64,000 nt of DNA from Lingula anatina (Eukaryota > Animalia > Brachiopoda), in NCBI GenBank assembly GCA_051362555.1, contig CM120641.1, positions 12,648,001-12,712,000 on the forward strand, read 5' to 3'. A model generated the notes under the pieces. It ran no database searches. It saw nothing but the letters and a program-made list of their open reading frames with translations, and was not told the DNA's origin. Positions within the stretch are counted from its first letter, which is position 1; each line of letters opens with the position of its first letter. The position numbers were made by a program, and so were the translations under genes. Of the stretch, positions 62,001 to 64,000 are shown piece after piece.

Positions 62001-63442
62001 TGTCTGTTTTTTTCCACTGCTTAGAGAAGGAAAACTTTATCGAAATTGATAGCAATCTGCAAAACACACTACCTTTTTTTTCTGTAAAAGATTATTTTTT
62101 CAATTGGATAAGAAAGATTCTGACCAGAAACAACCCTACCAAAAAGTTGTCCAAAAAGATACCATGAGAAGGTATCTTAACAAAAAAAATACTGCATAAA
62201 ATGTACCAAGGCAATATATCTCTTCAGTCTGACACTATCGTTTCTACTGATTTAAACTTATTCAAACTCATGAAAGTCTTTAAAAAGTCTTTTGCCCCGT
62301 GTTGTTTTTTCCAATCACTTTTTAAATGCCTAAAATGAAAGCAACATCTTTCCATGTTTGACCTCTGCCCAGTGTGTGGGGACTGGCGCTGAGATGGGTG
62401 GTCACACTGATTGAATATAACTGCCCATAACAAAAACAGGTTCAAATAACCTCCACATCTGCCACTGGTAGTAAACATTAGGGTACATTAAGACTTAAAA
62501 CATCTTTCAAATGTTATTTTTTAAAAGATCTCTAAAGTGCCTCTTCAGCAGTAATTGGAAAGGGTCAATTTTTGCAAGACCAACTATCAGTAAAAAATGT
62601 GAAAAAGGAATTTAAAAAGAATTCTGCTAAAAAATCTGTGGTCATCAATTACTTGAGCAAGGTCAAATTCTTTTTTAAAAAAAATAAGGTTTGTGGAAAA
62701 CAGTTTGAAATTTCATTACCATGTTTATTGGACATCAAATTATCTCAGTTGATTTCACACCAGCTATTCCTTGTCATGTTTTTTTCTTAATCTTTGAATA
62801 ATTACCATGTTTATGGTTCCCAACTCTTTGAAAAGTAATTCTTTTATGTAAACCACAGTTAGATGGGAAGACAAGCAGCAGCAGGGAACCCCTTTGCTGA
62901 GGAAATGACTACTGTTTAAGAAACCACAATGCTCACTGAATATAGCCACCTCAGCCACCTTAAGCATACCATGCTGTGCTTCTTTTAAGTTCAAAACCTC
63001 AAAAAAGATATTTTTTGTACAGATACAGGAAGGAAAAAAAATGACATCATTAAAACATGTGTCTTGAGTGTTTCTGAAGAAAGTTACCTTCATTGTGATT
63101 TCTACACTGCCAATCAGTTAATCAGAATTCTGTTTAAGCATAGTATTTTATGTATCATTTATAGCTTGGGGGATTTTTACATGGTGTAAGATAGTCAAAC
63201 AGTCTGTAGAACTTGGCTTCCCCAATGTGAAATTGCTATAAATCTTCTATGGGCATGTCTTACAGCTACTACCTTCTTAACATATAAAAACTAACCTAGC
63301 TTATGATTGCATGCTAACCCATTGGTGACATGAGTTTTAGTTGTTATATAGCATGTTGTTTGTCTAGGTCGTGTGGCACGAGGCAGTATCTCGCGACCGA
63401 GACGTGCAACCAGGCAATCCAGCATCCAGCTTTGCCCTATAG
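1..63442 (+). CDS. Giant titin/twitchin-family sarcomeric Ig/Fn3 protein kinase gene (partial, about 94 exons, extends beyond both window ends)
   Basis: I-set Ig exons (W..L.I..D.G.Y motifs), Fn3 exons (W.PP..DGGSPI..Y..E, Y.FRV.AEN..G) and a CAMK/MLCK kinase, all on + strand and joined in frame by GT-AG introns, mostly phase 1. Confidence 0.97.
713..979 (+). CDS. exon: tandem Ig
   Basis: ttttcag|, 267 nt, phase 1-1. Confidence 0.9.
1328..1594 (+). CDS. exon: tandem Ig
   Basis: 267 nt, phase 1-1, DDEAEY. Confidence 0.9.
1962..2228 (+). CDS. exon: tandem Ig (absent from ORF track)
   Basis: EEPVELVVSLKE..., 267 nt, phase 1-1. Confidence 0.9.
2541..2810 (+). CDS. exon: tandem Ig
   Basis: 270 nt, phase 1-1. 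Confidence 0.9.
3125..4262 (+). mobile_element. Non-autonomous Helentron/HINE (DINE-1/pearl-like) element in an intron
   Basis: subTIRs 3126-3140 and 4213-4227 (14/15 match), 5' hairpin partner 3147-3158, GTCC-type short repeats, TGACCTTTGACC motifs, internal ~146 bp tandem repeat, 3' palindrome GAGGCG-gtat-CGCCTC, CTAG-TT end. Confidence 0.8.
3781..4070. repeat. Two-copy tandem repeat (~146/140 bp units) inside the element
   Basis: ctacttttcaccatgaact... starts at 3781 and 3927. Confidence 0.9.
4305..4571 (+). CDS. exon: tandem Ig
   Basis: 267 nt, phase 1-1. Confidence 0.9.
4877..5143 (+). CDS. exon: tandem Ig
   Basis: 267 nt, phase 1-1. Confidence 0.9.
5508..5702 (+). CDS. exon: unique sequence (DRLAHKTRKQLSIDE...)
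   Basis: ttcag| ... AAAG|gta, 195 nt, phase 1-1, open frame. Confidence 0.65.
5987..6154 (+). CDS. exon: unique acidic sequence
   Basis: 168 nt, phase 1-1. Confidence 0.7.
6456..8441 (+). CDS. large exon: E/K/S/D-rich low-complexity (putative elastic) region
   Basis: 1986 nt open frame, tttag| ... G|gtaag, phase 1-1. Confidence 0.85.
8610..9785 (+). CDS. large exon: unique charged region
   Basis: 1176 nt, phase 1-1, G|gtgag. Confidence 0.8.
10110..10733 (+). CDS. exon: unique S/N-rich region
   Basis: 624 nt, phase 1-1. Confidence 0.8.
10936..11208 (+). CDS. exon: Ig
   Basis: 273 nt, phase 1-1. Confidence 0.88.
11524..11790 (+). CDS. exon: Ig
   Basis: 267 nt. Confidence 0.9.
12021..12287 (+). 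CDS. exon: Ig (super-repeat 1, position 1)
   Basis: 267 nt. Confidence 0.9.
12551..12820 (+). CDS. exon: Ig (repeat 1, position 2)
   Basis: 270 nt, EIPG motif. Confidence 0.9.
13078..13362 (+). CDS. exon: Ig (repeat 1, position 3)
   Basis: 285 nt, ETIRNMT motif. Confidence 0.9.
13514..13810 (+). CDS. exon: Fn3 (absent from ORF track)
   Basis: DKPSPPREL...WEEPEDNGGSDITGY, 297 nt. Confidence 0.9.
14187..14489 (+). CDS. exon: Fn3
   Basis: 303 nt. Confidence 0.9.
14852..14966 (+). CDS. exon: Ig N-half
   Basis: phase-2 intron in the core Trp codon. Confidence 0.88.
15249..15421 (+). CDS. exon: Ig C-half
   Basis: 173 nt, DAGKYRC. Confidence 0.88.
15488..15543. repeat. (CT)n microsatellite
   Basis: perfect dinucleotide run. 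Confidence 0.95.
15813..16100 (+). CDS. exon: Ig
   Basis: 288 nt. Confidence 0.9.
16238..16540 (+). CDS. exon: Fn3
   Basis: 303 nt. Confidence 0.9.
16773..17075 (+). CDS. exon: Fn3
   Basis: 303 nt. Confidence 0.9.
17374..17637 (+). CDS. exon: Ig (repeat 2, position 1)
   Basis: 264 nt. Confidence 0.9.
17851..18120 (+). CDS. exon: Ig (repeat 2, position 2)
   Basis: 270 nt, EIPG motif. Confidence 0.9.
18257..18302. repeat. compound (TCA)n(TTA)n microsatellite
   Basis: visible triplet runs just upstream of the acceptor. Confidence 0.85.
18316..18603 (+). CDS. exon: Ig (repeat 2, position 3)
   Basis: 288 nt, ETIRNMT. Confidence 0.9.
18887..19183 (+). CDS. exon: Fn3
   Basis: 297 nt. Confidence 0.9.
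19425..19724 (+). CDS. exon: Fn3
   Basis: 300 nt. Confidence 0.9.
20135..20249 (+). CDS. exon: Ig N-half
   Basis: 115 nt, TG|G split Trp. Confidence 0.88.
20491..20663 (+). CDS. exon: Ig C-half
   Basis: 173 nt. Confidence 0.88.
20971..21246 (+). CDS. exon: Ig
   Basis: 276 nt. Confidence 0.9.
21535..21837 (+). CDS. exon: Fn3
   Basis: 303 nt. Confidence 0.9.
21962..22264 (+). CDS. exon: Fn3
   Basis: 303 nt. Confidence 0.9.
22523..22786 (+). CDS. exon: Ig (repeat 3, position 1)
   Basis: 264 nt. Confidence 0.9.
23021..23293 (+). CDS. exon: Ig (repeat 3, position 2)
   Basis: 273 nt, EIPG motif. Confidence 0.9.
23660..23900. repeat. degenerate TATCACACC / ACATTGTCACC intronic minisatellite
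   Basis: tatcacaccaagaacattgtcaccac occurs twice plus partial copies. Confidence 0.6.
23941..24222 (+). CDS. exon: Ig (repeat 3, position 3)
   Basis: 282 nt, ETIRNMT. Confidence 0.9.
24528..24824 (+). CDS. exon: Fn3
   Basis: 297 nt. Confidence 0.9.
24857..24997. repeat. 70 bp intronic tandem duplication
   Basis: agattaatttgaaagtata...gatgcaa at 24857 and 24927. Confidence 0.9.
25143..25748 (+). CDS. exon: two Fn3 domains
   Basis: 606 nt. Confidence 0.9.
26016..26094. repeat. (TA)n microsatellite
   Basis: perfect dinucleotide run. Confidence 0.95.
26152..26439 (+). CDS. exon: Ig (unsplit)
   Basis: 288 nt. Confidence 0.9.
26723..27313 (+). CDS. exon: Ig + Fn3
   Basis: 591 nt. Confidence 0.9.
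27734..27985. repeat. diverged ~140 bp intronic tandem duplication
   Basis: ttgacaaatcaatga...ctaacacatgaa...taaccctttg...tatttgctgtg occurs twice. Confidence 0.7.
28033..28335 (+). CDS. exon: Fn3
   Basis: 303 nt. Confidence 0.9.
28605..28904 (+). CDS. exon: Fn3
   Basis: 300 nt. Confidence 0.9.
29294..29405 (+). CDS. exon: Ig N-half
   Basis: 112 nt, split Trp. Confidence 0.88.
29743..29915 (+). CDS. exon: Ig C-half
   Basis: 173 nt. Confidence 0.88.
30220..30507 (+). CDS. exon: Ig
   Basis: 288 nt. Confidence 0.9.
30694..30845 (+). CDS. exon: Fn3 N-half
   Basis: 152 nt, phase-0 donor. Confidence 0.88.
31225..31375 (+). CDS. exon: Fn3 C-half
   Basis: 151 nt. Confidence 0.88.
33164..33457 (+). 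CDS. exon: Fn3 (tandem run)
   Basis: 294 nt. Confidence 0.9.
33655..33957 (+). CDS. exon: Fn3 (tandem run)
   Basis: 303 nt. Confidence 0.9.
34232..34537 (+). CDS. exon: Fn3 (tandem run)
   Basis: 306 nt. Confidence 0.9.
34741..35046 (+). CDS. exon: Fn3 (tandem run)
   Basis: 306 nt. Confidence 0.9.
35185..35487 (+). CDS. exon: Fn3 (tandem run)
   Basis: 303 nt. Confidence 0.9.
35719..36024 (+). CDS. exon: Fn3 (tandem run)
   Basis: 306 nt. Confidence 0.9.
36263..36568 (+). CDS. exon: Fn3 (tandem run)
   Basis: 306 nt. Confidence 0.9.
36777..37082 (+). CDS. exon: Fn3 (tandem run)
   Basis: 306 nt. Confidence 0.9.
37324..37629 (+). CDS. exon: Fn3 (tandem run)
   Basis: 306 nt. Confidence 0.9.
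37934..38236 (+). CDS. exon: Fn3 (tandem run)
   Basis: 303 nt. Confidence 0.9.
38511..38825 (+). CDS. exon: Fn3 (tandem run)
   Basis: 315 nt. Confidence 0.9.
39018..39320 (+). CDS. exon: Fn3 (tandem run)
   Basis: 303 nt. Confidence 0.9.
39599..39904 (+). CDS. exon: Fn3 (tandem run; absent from ORF track on +)
   Basis: 306 nt, GPPGPPEGPIKVN...WNAPLDDGGS. Confidence 0.9.
40610..40906 (+). CDS. exon: Fn3 (tandem run)
   Basis: 297 nt. Confidence 0.9.
41228..41530 (+). CDS. exon: Fn3 (last of tandem run)
   Basis: 303 nt. Confidence 0.9.
41828..41939 (+). CDS. exon: Ig N-half
   Basis: 112 nt, split Trp. Confidence 0.88.
42137..42309 (+). CDS. exon: Ig C-half
   Basis: 173 nt. Confidence 0.88.
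42644..42931 (+). CDS. exon: Ig
   Basis: 288 nt. Confidence 0.9.
43186..43518 (+). CDS. exon: pre-kinase Fn3 plus N-terminal linker
   Basis: 333 nt, ends VDVDYDSL. Confidence 0.9.
43717..43807 (+). CDS. exon: kinase linker and subdomain I start
   Basis: ...YIILEELG(R). Confidence 0.9.
44071..44274 (+). CDS. exon: kinase N-lobe
   Basis: GAFGVVHR...WAAKFI...REIDVMNNLHHPRLLQLHEAF. Confidence 0.93.
44480..44621 (+). CDS. exon: kinase hinge to catalytic loop
   Basis: VSGGELFERL...HLDLK. Confidence 0.93.
44827..45026 (+). CDS. exon: kinase activation segment
   Basis: PEN...DFGLA...FGTAEFTAPE...DVWSLGV. Confidence 0.93.
45311..45463 (+). CDS. exon: kinase C-lobe
   Basis: SGLSPFAGDNDQET...AKDFISK. 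Confidence 0.93.
45638..45683 (+). CDS. exon: kinase end
   Basis: KRMTIEQALNHPWLN. Confidence 0.92.
46371..46433 (+). CDS. candidate cassette exon (21 aa) between kinase and regulatory tail
   Basis: tactag|CCA...GAG|gtaagt, 63 nt, phase 0-0, PYPQYQMPQILDALGHLKEIE. Confidence 0.65.
46846..46926 (+). CDS. exon: autoinhibitory segment
   Basis: GLAESRVPDKQLSTEHHKSYLARKRWK, phase 0-0. Confidence 0.88.
47081..47183 (+). CDS. exon: calmodulin-binding segment C-part
   Basis: ECMEKVLAIGRLAKLS... Confidence 0.88.
47502..47792 (+). CDS. exon: post-kinase Ig1
   Basis: 291 nt. Confidence 0.9.
48098..48155 (+). CDS. exon: basic linker ESGFKKRRRQSLEEERLRK
   Basis: 58 nt, phase 1-2, required to keep frame into the next exon. 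Confidence 0.85.
48414..48535 (+). CDS. exon: linker plus Ig2 N-part
   Basis: 122 nt, phase 2-1. Confidence 0.87.
48980..49183 (+). CDS. exon: Ig2 C-part
   Basis: 204 nt. Confidence 0.88.
49495..49627 (+). CDS. exon: Ig3 N-half
   Basis: APEFTLKL...FDCKVKGHPQPEVSW. Confidence 0.88.
49907..50082 (+). CDS. exon: Ig3 C-half
   Basis: EAFPEDAGAYMCRAVN. Confidence 0.88.
50423..50673 (+). CDS. exon: linker plus Ig4 N-part
   Basis: APEFTVKLRS...WHKDG, phase-0 donor. Confidence 0.88.
51906..52163 (+). CDS. candidate alternative N-terminal extension (internal start)
   Basis: aaaATGg, 86 open codons in frame with exon 52164; RRYS, RKMS and RRAS motifs. Confidence 0.6.
52164..52287 (+). CDS. exon: Ig4 C-part
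   Basis: tttcag|NNYGLLSLEI...EDAGTY. Confidence 0.88.
52962..52971. promoter_or_regulatory. MEF2 consensus site (candidate intronic muscle enhancer)
   Basis: CTATAAATAG matches YTA(A/T)4TAR; AT-rich background makes a chance match plausible. Confidence 0.3.
53653..53788 (+). CDS. exon: Ig5 N-half
   Basis: RPSFVEPL...FECIAEGNPIPHFKW. Confidence 0.88.
54622..54689 (+). CDS. candidate alternative first coding exon
   Basis: gatATGg MASVSEPQLSPLTLVTPGQELD(R), CAG|gtaaag donor, phase 2 matches exon 54916. Confidence 0.45.
54916..55091 (+). CDS. exon: Ig5 C-half
   Basis: 176 nt, DQGLYYC. Confidence 0.88.
56482..56682 (+). CDS. exon: RS-rich linker plus Ig6 N-part
   Basis: RSRSTSRESSREVTP...APKFIKPL. 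Confidence 0.87.
57023..57209 (+). CDS. exon: Ig6 C-part
   Basis: VEWHKG...DGGEYKATAKN, phase 1-2. Confidence 0.87.
57498..57520 (+). CDS. 23-nt micro-exon (KPKEPDVI)
   Basis: strong pyrimidine tract, AG|gtaag, converts phase 2 to 1 as required. Confidence 0.8.
58163..58185 (+). CDS. candidate alternative terminal exon (DDEQLKL*)
   Basis: ttttgtttcag acceptor, in-frame TAG, AATAAA at 58269. Confidence 0.4.
58441..58482 (+). CDS. candidate 42-nt cassette micro-exon
   Basis: ctccag|GDSAFIDASSSSGQ|gtat, phase 1-1. Confidence 0.5.
59452..59739 (+). CDS. exon: Ig7
   Basis: 288 nt. Confidence 0.9.
60573..60767 (+). CDS. exon: linker plus Ig8 N-part
   Basis: 195 nt. Confidence 0.88.
61120..61260 (+). 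CDS. exon: Ig8 C-part
   Basis: 141 nt, DTGTYSC. Confidence 0.88.
63368..63442 (+). CDS. candidate 75-nt cassette exon, Arg/Ser-rich
   Basis: tgtctag|GRVARGSISRPRRATRQSSIQLCPI|gtatg, phase 1-1, GC-rich island in AT-rich intron. Confidence 0.7.
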   Translation, partial: VVWHEAVSRDRDVQPGNPASSFAL

Positions 63443-64000
63443 GTATGATAACATGTAAGGGTCAAATCACATGACAGCAAACCTTTAAACAGGTCTGAAA
63501 TCGGTCTTAAAGTTTGTGATTATCTAGAGAATTTGAATCACTTTTTTCCTGGTGTACTAAAATGTGTCCTAAAATGACATTGAAAATTGATTGCAACCAG
63601 TTGAAATTAATTGCACAACCATGCTGTAAACCCAGGAGGCTTCATTACAATCATCATCCCCTATGTTTTGCTATTGCTTATAATTAAGAGACCAATTTAA
63701 AACCTGCATAAAACTGGCCTTAATGGTAAGTCATGTGAATGTCCCCTTACCTTCCCCCTAGGCACAAGACTATTAACACAGCTTAACTGTTTGAAGGTGT
63801 GCCAGCTTTCCTTGTTGTCTCCCTAACCAGTGTGTTAATTGTATCTTTTATTGTCTACTATTATTCAAAAACAAATGCTGTTTCCTTACTTATAGTATAT
63901 ATTATAGTTGTTTTCCTATAAAATGCACCTCACTATAACCTTAATAATAGATATGTATTTTGTGTCTTTTGTTTGGTTTCTTAAACCTTGTCATGTACAT

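Noticed and set aside
62025-62167. Possible terminal exon EKENFIEID...KKIP*
   Set aside because: AT-rich and intron-like in composition, with no clear poly(A) signal; an open frame of this length can arise by chance

Overview
AT-rich invertebrate-animal genomic DNA. The whole 64 kb is an internal part of one multi-exon + strand gene encoding a giant titin/twitchin/stretchin-family sarcomeric kinase; neither the start nor the main stop is in the window. About 94 GT-AG exons splice in frame by hand. The order is: tandem Ig exons; about 1,380 aa of unique acidic/low-complexity sequence in five symmetric exons; an Ig3-Fn2-Ig2-Fn2 super-repeat (about 3.5 copies); 16 uninterrupted Fn3 domains; Ig-Ig-Fn3; a catalytically intact MLCK-type kinase with a smooth-muscle-MLCK-like calmodulin-binding tail; then at least 8 more Ig domains with phospho-motif linkers. 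A candidate isoform-control layer is also visible: RBFOX (TGCATG) sites packed at the acceptors of the putative elastic exons, a 21-aa cassette between kinase and autoinhibitory tail, a candidate poison exon, two candidate internal (telokin-like) first exons, a candidate alternative last exon, and PKA-site micro-exons. One intron holds a complete Helentron/HINE-type non-autonomous element. Exon boundaries were read by eye and have no transcript support; orthology and species are not established.
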